Shown piece by piece: positions 26,555-40,100 of a stretch of 64,000 bases of DNA; position 1 is the first letter of the stretch; each line of letters begins with the position of its first letter. A program made the translations under genes and the position numbers. Under the pieces are notes generated by a model. That model saw nothing but the letters and a program-made list of their open reading frames with translations, searched no databases and was not told where the DNA came from. Location of the stretch: assembly GCA_973895155.1 (NCBI GenBank), contig OZ316899.1:15341974-15405973 (forward strand), in the 5' to 3' direction. Source of the DNA: Marsupella aquatica (taxonomy: Eukaryota > Plantae > Marchantiophyta).

Positions 26555-29500
26555 CTATTGTTCCTGCATCAACTTAGAGAAGCTTCGTAAGCCGATGGAA
26601 TGTGTATGGTCTTTATGGATAGCCGGTGGTAGTGATTTTGTAAACATATCTACGTGATTCAGCTGGCTCGCTATCCATTTAACGGTAATGCTGTCACCTT
26701 GCTGCTTGTGTGTGAAAAAGAATTTTGGAGCGATGTGCTTCGTCTTATCGCCCTTAATGAAACCTGCCTGTATTTGGTCCACACAAGGCCTGTTATCTTT
26801 GTAGATCGGTGTGGGCGATGTTAGTTTAGTTGTACCTGTGTGTTTGCCAATGTGGTTAAGCACATTCTTGAGCCAGATGCACTCCCTGCTTGCTTTGTAT
26901 AGCGCTATGATCTCCGAGTGGTTTGAGGATGTCGTTGTTAATGTTTGTTTGCTGCTTTTCCAGGAGATCGCCGTTGTTCCAATCATAAACACGTATCCCG
27001 TCTGCAATTTTGCATCCTGCGGATCTGATAGATAGCCCGCGTCCGCATAACCTGTTAATGTGTTGTCTGTATTTGCAGGGTAAAACAGTCCCATGTCAAT
27101 TGTGCCCTTAAGGTATCGTAAGATCCTTGTAATGCCATTCCAATGGCAAATGGTTGGCTGTGCGCTGTGATGTGCTAAGAGGTTAACTGCGAATGCGATG
27201 TCAGGACGGGTCTGACTGGCAAGGAACATGAGGACGCCTATGGCAGATAGGTATGGCTTGTCTGGACCAAGTAGTGGTTTGCTTTCATCTCTTTTCCGAA
27301 ACATGTCTTCATGTTTATCGAGTGATCTTATGTCCATCGGGGATTTGACTGCATGAGCCTTTTGCATATGAAATTGCGGTAATATGCGCTATGTATACGT
27401 GGTTTGATGAAGTAGTATGCCTCTTGGTAAATGTTTGAGCTGGAGGCCAAGGCAAAATGTAGTTTGCCCTAAATCATGCATTTTGAAGACTCGTTTGAGT
27501 AATTTGATGATTTCCTGCATTATTTGGCTGGTACCAAATAGGTTTAGGTCATCCACATAGATGGCAATTATAATGAATTCTTGGCCTTCTCTCTTAAGGA
27601 AGATGCATGGAGCAATATCTTGATTTTGGAAACCCATGGCGAGCATTTCAGCTTGGAATCGCTTGTACCAAGTTCGGCCACTCTGCTTCAGGCCATACAT
27701 GGACCTGAGCACTTGCATAGCATATCGTATTCTGGCTTGAAGAGCCTTAGTTTTAGGGTTTAGGGTTTAGGGTCTACCCTTGCTCATGTGGGGTTTCAAT
27801 TTTATACTCTGTGAGATACGTTGTAGTATCTCTTGATTTGAGTGGTCAAACATAGTGCCCTCTGGTTTGTGTGTTGTCGTGGGTAGTTTCTCCCCCTGAC
27901 AGTGTGCTTCCTCCCTGTTAATTAATTCTGGTGGAGCTTCCATATGGATTGTCGTGTCTAAGTGGCCGTATAAATATGCTGTTACAATATCTAACTGATG
28001 CTGTGATGCAGTGAGAAGGCTATCAAGTATTGGTAAGTAATTACATCCATAACGGGTGAGTAGGTGAGATTGTAGTCTCTGCCTGGTATTTGAGTAAAGC
28101 CCTTTGCTACTAGCCGTGCTTTATAGCATACTACCTCCTCCTGTGCATTTCTTTTTAATAAAGGTCCACTTGTATCCTGTCAAGTGGATGTCTGGCCTAG
28201 TGTGATCGAGCCAAATACTTGTCTGGAGATCAGGGAGTCGAGTTCCTGATTGATGGCTTTCTCCCACTCCGGCCAGTCGGATTGTCTCTGTGCTTCTTTC
28301 ACCGTCAGTGGGTCCGGTGTGTCTTCTTTTATTTGTTGTGCTATTGTATATGCAAATGTTTTGTCTGGGAAGGTACTCTTTCTATCCCATATATTGCCAA
28401 TTATATTATAATTGATGGCGATTTCTTCGTTTGTTTCGGTAACAGGTTGGTTCAGTATAATGTGGTCGTTGTTTATTGCTGCAGGAGTGGGTGTAGTTTG
28501 GGCTGAGGGCACTTGACACCTCTGCCGTGGTTGCTTGTCTGTTGCCCCGGGTGGTCTTCCCCGTTTGGCCCTTGGTGCCGTGTATTTGGCTGGTTGTTTT
28601 GTCATCTGTATACGTGATGGGTGTTTGCTGCGGGTATGTGCGATCTTGTCACTTTTGCTGCATCTGCGAATGAATCTGGTAACTGCTCCATCATTCTTGT
28701 AAGGTGGAGTAGTCTTTGTACTTTGCTGTTGGCTTGGCCTGTTCTCGGGTCATTCTAGAACTCAGATTGCGTCTGCCAATTGAGTTCTGTATTGTCGTCT
28801 TTGTCTTGTTGTGATCTATCTTCTAGGCTTGGGAAAGTGCTCGCGTAGAAGTGGCAGTCCATGAATCTGGCTTTAAACACGTTTGTCGTTGTTGGTTCCA
28901 GGTATCTGATGATGGAGGTGGAGTCTAGGCCCACATAGATGCCCATTTGTCTCTGTGGGCCTATTTTGGTTCTCTTTGGGCCCATAATCGGAACTAGGAC
29001 CTGACACCCAAATGTTCTCAGGTGGGAGACGTCGGGGATGTGTCCAAATGCTAAGTGGTGTGGAGAGGTAGAATTGAATGATGATGGTCGGTAACTGATG
29101 AGTGTAGTTGCGTGTAGTATGGCATGGCCCCATGCCGAAAGTGGTAGGTTGGTTTGCATAAGGAGTGGTCAAGCTATGGTTTGTAGCCTTTTGATGAGGG
29201 ATTCAGCGATCCCATTCTGAAAATGGACGTGGGCGACCGGATATTGTATCTCTATGCCGGCTGATTCGTAGAACTCTTCAAAGGTCTTGGCGGTAAATTC
29301 TCCAGCATTATCTACTTGAAGAGTTCTTATTGGAAAGTTGGGGAATTGAGCTTTGAGTCTCAGTATGTGCGCCAGGAGTCGGGGGAATACCATGTTTCTC
29401 GTGGATAATAGTGAGACTCTTGACCATTTAGATGATGCACAGATAATGGCCAAGAAGAAGCGGAATGGTCCGCTTGTGGGTTCAATTGGACCGCACACAT

Positions 29501-29583
29501 CCGCGTGGAGCCGGTCTAGGAATTTGGGTATTCTTGTTTCAGTGGTAGGTGGGGATGGACGTAGGATCAGTTTTCCTTTGGAG
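26555..29583 (-). pseudogene. Bianca pol: integrase, RT, RNase H
   Basis: DNAGEF, YGLKQSG, IYVDDL, GYADAGY, KHIAPKFF; several stops and frameshifts. Confidence 0.92.
27752..27772 (+). repeat. Interstitial telomeric repeat (TTTAGGG)3
   Basis: TTTAGGGTTTAGGGTTTAGGG. Confidence 0.85.
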
Positions 29584-30100
29584 CACTAGTACATTTTTGC
29601 TCATTTTCCGATGCTCCCGCTGAAACATGAAACAGGCGTCTGATGGCCGGAGTTACGCAAACTTTCGTTTACAAAAGTATCGGAACTTGCGATCCCCACA
29701 GCTTCGGAAACCCTTTGTCCGATTCCCAAAACAACGGACATCATTTGCGATACTCCTAATATAGGAACATATCCAATGTCTTGACTATCGGACCCCTCTT
29801 CTAAAAATTGTTACTAAGTTTACGATCCCTGAAGTATCGCATTCAATGTCCAATTTAGTGAAGAACGGAAATATTGCGATGAAAAATGTATCGCTGAGTG
29901 CTTCCGATAGGTTGGGTATCGCAAATGTTTTCCGAAGTAGTGTTTATCACAAATAATTCCGATGCTACACGTATTGGAAATGGAGTCCAAAAGGGTTTAA
30001 ATCGGATATATGTGGTTCGAGGTCAAGATTTGAACAAGGAGGTCTTCCGATGGGCTTCCGTTGTTTTAAGCATGGGAAATGGTATCGGGAATAAATGGAC
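29584..30100. repeat. Left CACTA TIR and subterminal TCCGAT/ATCGGA repeats
   Basis: Multiple TTCCGAT/ATCGGA copies in both orientations. Confidence 0.8.
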
Positions 30101-30279
30101 GTGACTCAAATGCATATATTACTTAGGGATTGCAATTTGGATTGTGTCAAGGGACTATATACAGTTGTATCCAAAACTATATCCAACCAATGAATCTTTG
30201 GGCACGTGTGAAATGACATGACAAAATGTATATACTATCCATGAAGATAAAACATATAGGGGTTTTACCTAGGTCGCAT

Positions 30280-33200
30280 CTATTGTAATGAGGGGTCCAA
30301 ATCCTCTACTACAACTACACTTGGCTTGTCTTGAACAATGGATCGTGAGCGAGGGATGTAAGGCATAACAATGGACCACTCTGGGTCATTCGGATAACGA
30401 AGATAGAAAGATTGCTCCAAATGATGGGGAAATGCAAATGGATCTGAGGTTCTCCAATTGGAACTAATGACACTAGTTGCACTGGTCGTCAATCGTGTGA
30501 ACCCACATGCATCTTCCTCACAGGTCCAATTATGGCCAACAAGATTCATCCAAAACCATTTGCACTTGAACACCACCTCCTCCAAGGTTGTATGGGCATG
30601 ATAATTTACGATAAGAATCTCCTCTATCTTCCCATAGTGGGCCACAGTTGAACGTATTGGATTCCGGTCAGAAGTACTACTTTGTGACTCTTGGGTGAAC
30701 CACCCCATCACCCCACAATCTTGTGTTGTTGCTCTCTTCATATCAAGATGTTGGATTCGAAAATGCCTCCCCTTTGACCACATGGCTGTTCGAGTCGTGA
30801 CCGTGAGTAATGGACCATGAACAAGGGTGCGCATGTCATTGGTGACCTTCGGAAAGTGCAAAACACTCTCACCCTGACCCACCAAGGCATCAATCTCTGT
30901 CAACTTCTCCTTCATATATGGGAGAAACTTGGGGAAGAGGCGTGGCCAACGACTATTACTCTTCTCCTCCTCATAAAATGCAGTCCACTCCCCTGAAATC
31001 TCTGGTGAGTTATACAACATGAATGTGGTGAGTTGCAGACATTCAGCAGAGCCTAGTAGTTGTTCTCCCTTTGCTCCAGTGAGTCTATCCTCATAATCTG
31101 CCTCTCGTGCTGACTCATCTATCCAACCCCTTGGAGCATTTGGATCAAGTGTAGCCACAATGTTCGTACAATAGAACATACTCTCTGCTCCAAGGTGACG
31201 TTCGGCAAGGCTACCTTCCACCCTAGCACGGTTTGATACATATGATTTCATGACTCCCATGAATCGCTCTACCCAATACATCCAACGACAATGTACTGGG
31301 CCAGCAATGGCTACTTCATGCACTAGATGTACAAGAAAATGAACTTGACCATCAAAGAAGGAAGGAGGGAGTGCTCGCTCCAACTTGCACACAACCTCCA
31401 CTCCAAATACCTCCATGGCAGCAATCTCTCCCTCGTTGACCTCCTTTTGACAAACCCATCTCAACAATCTACCCAATGACCAAAGTGCATCCCGAAGATC
31501 CTCGCTGCCCAATCCAATAATAGCAACTGGAATAACATGCTGCAATAGACGATGATAATCGTGGGTCTTCAAGAAAGCTGGCCATTTTGGAGAGTCATCT
31601 CCACCAAATGCCTTGCGAAGATTGGCACCATACCCTGTAGGAAACCACATTGACCCTATCCGCTTGCAAAACTCTATTCGCTCACTCCTTGTGAAAACCC
31701 ATGGGGGATGGATAGTAAGGGGAGGGTCAGGGTCCATAGATGGCCAAAAACCATGAAGGCCATGCATCCCCATCCCCTCACAACTCTCTCTCCAATTGTT
31801 GTTTTTCTCTCCATATAGATGGCGGATCAATGACCTCCTAACATTCCCCTCAATATGCATAGGGTCCAATAGATGATTTATCGGCATGTGTTCCCAATAT
31901 GGAAGTTGTGCCAATGCAGACAAACGGGTCATGCCACATCTAGCCAAGGGTAATGGGTCATCTGGATCAGTCACCCTCTCCCATACCTCCTTCCAATATA
32001 TTGGGTCCTTCGGTAAAGGCTGAGGTCTTGTGTCTGGCTGGCCCTCATCCGTGTCATACAAAAATGGATCATACCTCCAGTCATGCCCCTCAGGAAGATA
32101 CTTTGTGTGACCAATGTAAACTATCTTCCGCAGGGTGGTAGACTTTGGGCGCGCCACTCCCTCCAAGTCTGGTCCACAAGTCGGGCAAGCACGATATCCA
32201 GAAGTTTGCAAGCCAGAAATATATCCAAACCCTTCACAAACAATGGTCACAAATTAAAACCCATTAAGTTTTGAAACCAAACCAAAGGGAACAAAATAAA
32301 CAGAACGATATATATATATGGGTAGCTGCACAAGCCATACTTAATTTATAAAGAGTTGGGTACCTGGAAGATCATGCATGGTCCACATAAGAATGGCTTT
32401 GAGCTGAAACTCACGGGGTAAGCCCCCTATATGCACTCGACCATCATAGCAATCCACTCCCCCCCAAAGTTTCTGTAGCTCCTCAATCAACGGTTGCAAG
32501 TATACATCAATCTTCTTCACTTGCTTAGGGCCAGGAATAATCATAGATAGGAGCAAATGACCCTTCTTCATGGCCATCCATGGTGGGATGTTGTAGCTAG
32601 TGAGGACTACTGGCCATACAGAGTATGGTTTGGCCTTGACGGCCAGTGCAAATGGGCTAATGCCGTTTGATGCCAAACCAAGGCGAACATGACGAGGGTC
32701 AGTCTTGAACTCACCCCAACGCTCTTCCACAAATCTGTTTGCAGGAGAGTCAACCATCATGCGCATGGTTGGATCCTGAGTAGTGTTTGAACGGTGTTGG
32801 GAGTGCCATACCATATACTTAGCCAACTCTGCGCATCGAAACTGGTGATGCAAACGAGGAATAAGGGGAAAGTACCTCATAACCTTTTGAGGTACTCTTC
32901 CTATCAACATATCCTCACGATATCTTGGCGCGTTGCACACAGGACATGTAAGAGCATTTGAGTGCTCCTTCCTGAACAAAACACAATCATTCACACAAGC
33001 ATGTATGACCTCATACTTGAGGCCTATGGACTTCAACACTTTCTTCGCCTCTTTCCATGATGCTGGCAAGTTGTTCCCCTCTGGTAACATACGATCATGC
33101 AATGTCCTGAAAATATCATCAAGAAGCAAGTTGCTTGCTCCATGTCTTTGCTGCAAGTTCAGTAATAACATGATTGCTGAGAGACAAGATAATCTAGACC

Positions 33201-35017
33201 CCTCAAAAAGACAAGTCCGTGCATGCTCTTGAGCCTCCTCCCACTGGTGCGAGTGTGGATTCCGTGAAGGAGTAGGCACGAGGAGGAGGTAAGTCAATGT
33301 CCTCCCAGTCACCTGGGTCATGATCACCCCGGGGATCACCCTCATCTGCATCCATGAATTGGTGCATCAACTCATCCATAGCCCGGTCCTCATCCACTCT
33401 TTCTTGGGTAGCATTAGGTAGTTCATGTGGAATGTCCATATCCTCAAAAGGTTGACCCCCTTGCCTACCATCCATGGCCTGAAGGGGATGTCGCACAGCT
33501 CGTGATAATACCTCAATATCTGGCTGAACAAATGCATTCTATCATACACAAAAGAAAACAATGAGAATGATATAAGTCCAGGTCTCTCAACCAACAATTG
33601 AGACATCCATATATGAATGAGTCAAAAGACTCCATAGCTCTTGAAACCACTTAGAGAATGACTCAAGTAATAGTTTTATAAAAGTGAACACATACACATG
33701 TTTGTATGTGCTATGAAGGACGACACCGTATGGCCATCTTAGGCACGTTCCAATCATAGTCACAAAAGAGTTCCTCACCAACCCTAATAGTCGTAATGGC
33801 TATAGTCATAACATGGTCATCCATATGCTTGACATAGTAAGGTGGTGGCGGTGCCCCAAAAATCTGAACCCACTCTACATTTGGTTGAAGTCCTCGTCCT
33901 CTCCCTTTGGTACTATTGATATACCCAGCGATGTTATCACATCGCACAGGATCACCATCAATCATCCTACAATGCCAAGGCCTCTTGAGGACCTCATCCG
34001 GATCGGAATCCATTTGCAATGCATACACTCCCCATGATGGTTGTTGCCGCAAAATAATGTTCCAATTCTTGGCAGTGTATATAGGGCCAATGTAAGGAAA
34101 TAAGTGCTCCCCATCATAACCTCTTCGCCATGGCTTTGGATGGACCACAATGTCCTCCAAAGCAAATAACCCAAATCCTACATCAACAAGGGAAGATGAC
34201 TGCACTATCCAATGACGGCTCCATATCTCTATAGGGGCATTAGTGGGTATGCCTTGAGGGATTTTGAATATCTCAGACGAGAAGTCCTTCACAAGAGGCA
34301 ACGCCTTTCCAGTGAGATATGACAATCCCAACCTACCCTCCACTACCACATAACCCTCACCTGGCTTCATCATAGGCGGACCTACCAAGTTTGGGTCTTG
34401 AGACTCACGAGTGCCCAATGGTTTGTAATGTCTCCTATGCCTATGGGAGCATGGGCGGGTGTGTAAAACCCTAGATGGAGGTACCTCCAGGTCACCTTGC
34501 TCAATGTCCTCCACCCTTGCTACAGGTACACTCCCGCCCTCACCACTGGGGCGCGGGGTAGGAGGAGGGGGTGTAGATGTTGATGCAAGCATCCGTCTTG
34601 CACTAGCCAAGAATGTGTCTAGCCATAGCTCTTTAGAGATCAATGGAGGAGGGGGCCTACGGGGCACCTATTCATTCAAAAAAAATCCAAAATTAATAAA
34701 TATATGATGATAGTGGCCATGATTTAAGTGGCAAATTATGTTTCCTTCAAAATGTGCGGGGTGAGAGTATGGGGTGCATACCTGGCGAGCTGAATGTCCT
34801 GGTAAATCAGGTTGGTGTTGCCCATAATTCTCAATATGCTCAATACACTCCCAAGCTTGACGAACCACCATTCCCTTACATCGCACACACCAACATGGAA
34901 TGGGGCGTAGAGGAGGAGGAGGTTGATGCGGCCTCGGAGGGGGGGGGGAGGAACGTCCCCCTCAGAAGATGACGAGTCCGAGTCAGAATCTGACTCGGAA
35001 CTCCCAGAATTTGACAT
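30280..35017 (-). pseudogene. CACTA TnpD-like transposase; predicted exons 35017-34782, 33523-32364, 32231-30280; frameshifts near 34945 and 33245
   Basis: IPCWCVRC..HI..YG (transposase-associated Zn-like), IHACVNDCVLF, YSVWPV, WTMHDLP|GFG..ACPTC, LLDPMHIE, KTHDYH, GPVHCRWMYWVER, VFKCKWF; GT-AG introns in phase. Confidence 0.9.
33711..34667 (-). CDS. SET-domain (lysine methyltransferase-like) exon inside the CACTA transposase gene
   Basis: GFGLFALEDI, FPYIGPIY, IDG..NIAGYINS, PNV, IRVGEELFCDY; open for 318 codons; preceded by a phase-0 AG acceptor. Confidence 0.8.
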   Translation of the reverse strand: MPRRPPPPLISKELWLDTFLASARRMLASTSTPPPPTPRPSGEGGSVPVARVEDIEQGDLEVPPSRVLHTRPCSHRHRRHYKPLGTRESQDPNLVGPPMMKPGEGYVVVEGRLGLSYLTGKALPLVKDFSSEIFKIPQGIPTNAPIEIWSRHWIVQSSSLVDVGFGLFALEDIVVHPKPWRRGYDGEHLFPYIGPIYTAKNWNIILRQQPSWGVYALQMDSDPDEVLKRPWHCRMIDGDPVRCDNIAGYINSTKGRGRGLQPNVEWVQIFGAPPPPYYVKHMDDHVMTIAITTIRVGEELFCDYDWNVPKMAIRCRPS

Positions 35018-35613
35018 CTGCCCATCAATGTGAAAATTAATCACATGTCAAAAATCGTTCCCACCCATATTAAGTACCCTAAATACAATATGTCAAGATT
35101 GGAACCTAGTTTACACTAAGCAAATAATTAAAAACAATGACTGTGCATCTTACCTAAATGATATCCGCGCTAAACAATGCCTACTAGGATCTTGGCCTTA
35201 GAATATATGCTAAGACAATATCCAAAATGTCTGCACAATTAAAGGAATACCATCAGAATTTATCTATACATATGTCCCCATAGAATCATATCCACTATAT
35301 ATTGTGGCCATCAATGAAAAAAGTTTAGCCAAATATATACTTAAAGTGCTCACCTCCAAATGATAAAGGGAGTACATCATACCTTTCGGATGCACGGCCT
35401 ATCGCGATGCATAATGCATTGCAAAAATGGACCTACAAAAATACAAACAAAGAGAACGACCCAACCCTCCGCAAAAAAATACTGCACAATACACGCACAT
35501 GAGGTTAACTTTGTTTGGCCCCCAAAATTAAATCCACATACAAGGTGGACAAATTTGTCAAAATTTTTAATGTGAGTGGATCAATGATCATACCATTCAA
35601 CCCCAAAAGTATG

Positions 35614-35639
35614 TTTAGGGTTTAGGGTTTAGGGTTTAG
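35614..35639 (+). repeat. Telomeric-type repeat (TTTAGGG)3+ in the CACTA divergent promoter region
   Basis: TTTAGGGTTTAGGGTTTAGGGTTTAG. Confidence 0.85.
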
Positions 35640-37157
35640 ACGGTAAGGGGGATGTTACCGCACATATAACCGGCTTTTATTCAAGAACCCCACCGTCCAA
35701 ACAAAATCCGACTACTCAACCAGGCCTACAATTACAATGCAAGTTTTCACATCAACTAAACTTACATTTCCTTACCACATCCCCAGCCCCCCCCCCCATT
35801 GACTAACTTATTATAAATCCGTCCTTAAAGGCATAAAAAATAATGGACAAGCTAAGTCCGATCATATTGGAAGAGGGGTCCGATACTTTAAGCATCACTA
35901 TTTCCGATCCCGTTTTCGATAGTTGAAGTATCAGATGTTCCGATTCTTAAAAAGTTGGATGGAGGGCACAATAGGGTTTGGTACTTTTCCCGACTAAAGT
36001 ACGAATGTCTTTGTATCGGGCTTGGTTTTGGATGCAACTTGGGAGGAGCTGCCGAGTGAACACAAAGCGGAGGAGCACGCATTGGAGGTCGAGGCTATGG
36101 AGGGGAATGGCACGGATGGGGGGGAGGAGACAAAGCAGCCAGGGTGGGTGGAGATGGAGCAGGGCCGTCGCAGCAGATCTCGGACATTATGGCAGAGATT
36201 TTCAAGAGGCAAGCAGGCCTGTCTGCTGAAGCTGCGGCCATAGCAGCTCAATTGACCCAGGGCCTGATTGACGAATCCAGGCAATCTGCCATAAGTGAAG
36301 CAGAGAAGGCTTTCATGGAGAGGCTAGAGAAAGGAAAGGAGAAAAAAAGAATGAGGAAGGAGGAGAGGAAAGGCAGGCCAGTGGAGGCCCTCTCACCACA
36401 AGAAAGAGAGAAGAGGCTTAGAAAGGAGGCTCGAGCTGCAGAGAGGGCAAGGATTGAGGAAGAGAGGCTATGAGCAGAGGAAAGGGCCAAACGGCCAAAA
36501 TTGTTCATTAAGAAGGGAGGAGCTCCGATGACAAAGAGCTACAATTTGTTCAGAAGTCAGCTAGGGCAGGTGTTGAGGGCAAATTTCAGCCCCTTAGACT
36601 ACTGGGGGAAGAAGAAAGAAGAGGAGAAATTTCAAGCAAGGGAGCAAGTGAAGGAGCGATTATGTAATGGCTGCTTTCTGGATGATCGATGGCTGAATAA
36701 GAAGATCTCACGTTCACTTGCAGATAGACGTAATAATGTGAGAGAAAAGATGAGGAAGTACCTGGCAGATTGTAAGGAGGAGGCAAAGGTGATGAGGAAT
36801 TGTATGGTGCGAGGAAACAGGAGATTTTGCTAGCGAGGCAACATTGTTAGCGAAGCATTCTGGCGGATACATTTATCTCACATTCCACGAAAACAATGCC
36901 CAAACAGTCTCAGTTTTCCACCTCTTACAATAATGAAAAGAATATGACAATGGAAAATCCTGCATGATTTTCATAAGTATTCCATACTTGAGCCACACAC
37001 GTTTTAATCATCTAAAAAGGATCACCAAAACTAGAAACTCCCATCAAAATATGGAACCTCTTTACATTGAAAGTGTGGATCGCCAACAACTTCAAGACAG
37101 AAAAACGGTAAGAGTCGACCTCGACCAGTACATCCAGTCCTACTTCCTCTTACTTGA

Positions 37158-40100
37158 TCAGTCATAAACTTCATCCTCTGATTCATCAGAGATGTCACTA
37201 CTACTAGGATCGCTACTGGTCTCCCTCTCCGTGGACTCGGCAGACTCATCTAAATACTGACGGACTGTCCCCGCCTCATTGTCGATAAACCTTGAACAAT
37301 CCAGATATCTTCGAGCACCTCTCATGGACCGAAGTCCTTTCGATTCCCAAGTCAAGATAACAGGATCTTCATCAACCTGCCTCGCCGATGTCTCAGCATA
37401 GCACGGAAGAGTAAAAGGCTTCTCAGGAGTAACCACAATGGACTCCTGGACTTCCCTCCGAAGACGAAATCTCTCCTCAGAAAACCAATCCACCCTCCTA
37501 TCACTGACGCAACCACCGACATCAGTTGACGAAGAGCAACAAAATAAAGAAAACAAAAGAAACCAAATAGGGAGTCCGACATCAGAAGAGGCCAAGTACT
37601 TTACTCCAGGTCGAATTTGTCTTTCTCGCTTGAAGGCCCAGCCTGTTCATCCCCTGGAATCGTGAACTCATCATCTGACCCAGCGTCTTGATTAACCTTG
37701 GCTGGTTGATCCCTAATCTGCTTTGCCTTGCTCGAATGCCTCGCCAGAACACTGTTTAAAGTTTTTTCTGCACAGCAATGGAGAATGTCCCTGTCTTCAA
37801 CACCGACAACAAAACTCCCGGAGAATTCTTCGGCAGAAAACGAGCTACCGTCACACACAGTCCAGTCAAGGACTATGTCTTTGGGTTTTGTGAGGAATTC
37901 CATCACGGCTTGCATGAACCCAATTGAAAGCCTTTTCGATCCAGCAACAGCCGCTTCTGGACAGGGGTCAGTCTTAGGGTAACAAACACTCAACATTGAC
38001 TTATGTCTTGCATCTTCCGAAGACGTCAATGGAACATACGCTGGGTCTTTAGGAATCTTTGCACTAAATTCCACCCGACAAAAAACATCCAGGGTGAGAG
38101 TGCACACCTGCATAAAAACCAAAATACATCAGAAACAATGCTAACTTTGTTAGCGAGCTTGCTAGCATTAACTTAGTCGGAAAATAGAAAATTAACACCT
38201 AAACAAGATATGTTTGGTAGCTGAAAATTATAATTTTGTTAGCGACATCGCTAGCATTAAAACTCTCAAGAAATTTAAGGGATAACTACCTCAATATCCA
38301 TATCTGCCCTCCATAAAGGGGTGGACAACAAAACGGTATATTGCTGCACATGTTTGAATTTGTTTTTTTGCTCAACTGCCGTAAATATTTGCCTCATGTG
38401 ATTGAAGTCTGAGCTGTGCAAGACAACAACATATCCGTCGTCTGAAAGCATTGGTCTCATCACTCCAAAAAAATAATATGGGAGTTTCTCGCTCCAAACA
38501 TTCCAAGACGGAACCTGTTTGTCTGTAACGCTTGTTCTATGCCCAGTTGGAAGAGAAATGAATCCCAAATGTGCTCCAATCCCAGCATAAGGCTTTCCAT
38601 TAATTACGACATGGTTCGGGCACTCTACGCTCTTCGACATCCCAGTAATCCATCGATCTCCATCTCCCATCCAAGATGGCCTCACTTTACTTACGCTAAT
38701 TGAGTTTGCAGTATCGGTCAAATTGCTACGAGCCAGGAAATGTCGCTGCCCATCCATCTTCAAACCACACATCCGAGCAACACCTTGAGCAACTGAAACT
38801 TCCTCATCGTCCGAATCTGAAAGAATCTGGATGTTCCGCTTCCGTTTCAAACGTTTTATACTTCCTAAATCCACTGCGCTCTTTGTTGTGACTTCGGCAT
38901 CTGGGGACTGAGGTTCCTCACCATCATCTGCTCCACTCTTCAAACTCTCAGAAGCCGCTCCCTTCCTCCTCTCTGTGAAGCAGAAGACATTAGTGTCTGT
39001 ATATTTGACACACATCCGGACTTAAAAATAAAAAGTAACATACAATTAACAGACTTACTTGGCTTTCCGGAAATCTGGGACCCATCTTTGGATGTGTCCT
39101 TCAATGCTCCTTTTCTTGGCTTCCGTGCTTGACTCCTATCCACTATGGTAGCTACACCAAGACAAGCTTTTTCCATCGCCTCGCAACCACCAACTTCAGC
39201 ATCAGTGGGTGCCAATTTGGACTCGGAGATGTAAGATTCCGGAAGGAATCCTTGATTGATCATGTGAAGAGCTGCTTTCTCTGCAGTGTCAAATGTCACA
39301 GACCATTTGTCCGAGTCCAAATACCATGGACAATGAAGAACCTCCCACTCGCTCAATCTCCTCGGAGCTTCACTTCCCTCGCAAGGAAACATACAATATT
39401 CCCCAAACTTATCACTTGTAGGGTCCTCTTTAACCCCGACTATCCATGGGGAGAAACAGGTTGGGTAGGACCACCAGTAAAATTTGTCTGCTACTTCTTT
39501 GTCTACAAAAAATCGATACGTGTATCTCTTCGCTCTCCTCCGAAACAATGTAATGTCTACCTTCTCTCCTGTCTTGGGTGGCCAAATCTGCTTGAAAAAA
39601 CAAGTTTTCACACGAGTTTGGAAATTCTCAAAATCCTCCTCAATGTCAAGGATTAGCGAAGCTTTCGTCTTCTCTGAAGACGTAAGGATCCTTGACTCAG
39701 GGACAGTAGGCATTACCTCAGAAACAATTTCAGACATGAGGGAAGACAAAATTGACTCGGCTTGCTCCCACACTGCCCAATGATGAAGCCAAAGCTTAGT
39801 CTCACCATCTGAGAATTGACCTGGATGAAAGAATTTTTTCCGAAGCTCAGGATGACACTGTGCCTCTAGGAGTGTACATCGGAGCTCTGGGGATAAAGAG
39901 GTCACACCAATGAACAATCGAGCTTGATCAAGACCACAAGAAACATTTCCCCTGCCTTTGTCATCTGTTCTCTGGGCCTCCTTTCTCTCGTTCTCGCAGT
40001 AGTTATGCATTTCGACACATTTCTTGAAAAAGTCTCCAAACTCAGGATTTAGTAATGGACCGATCTTTGGAACTTTCACATTCCAATCAGCAAGTTGTTC

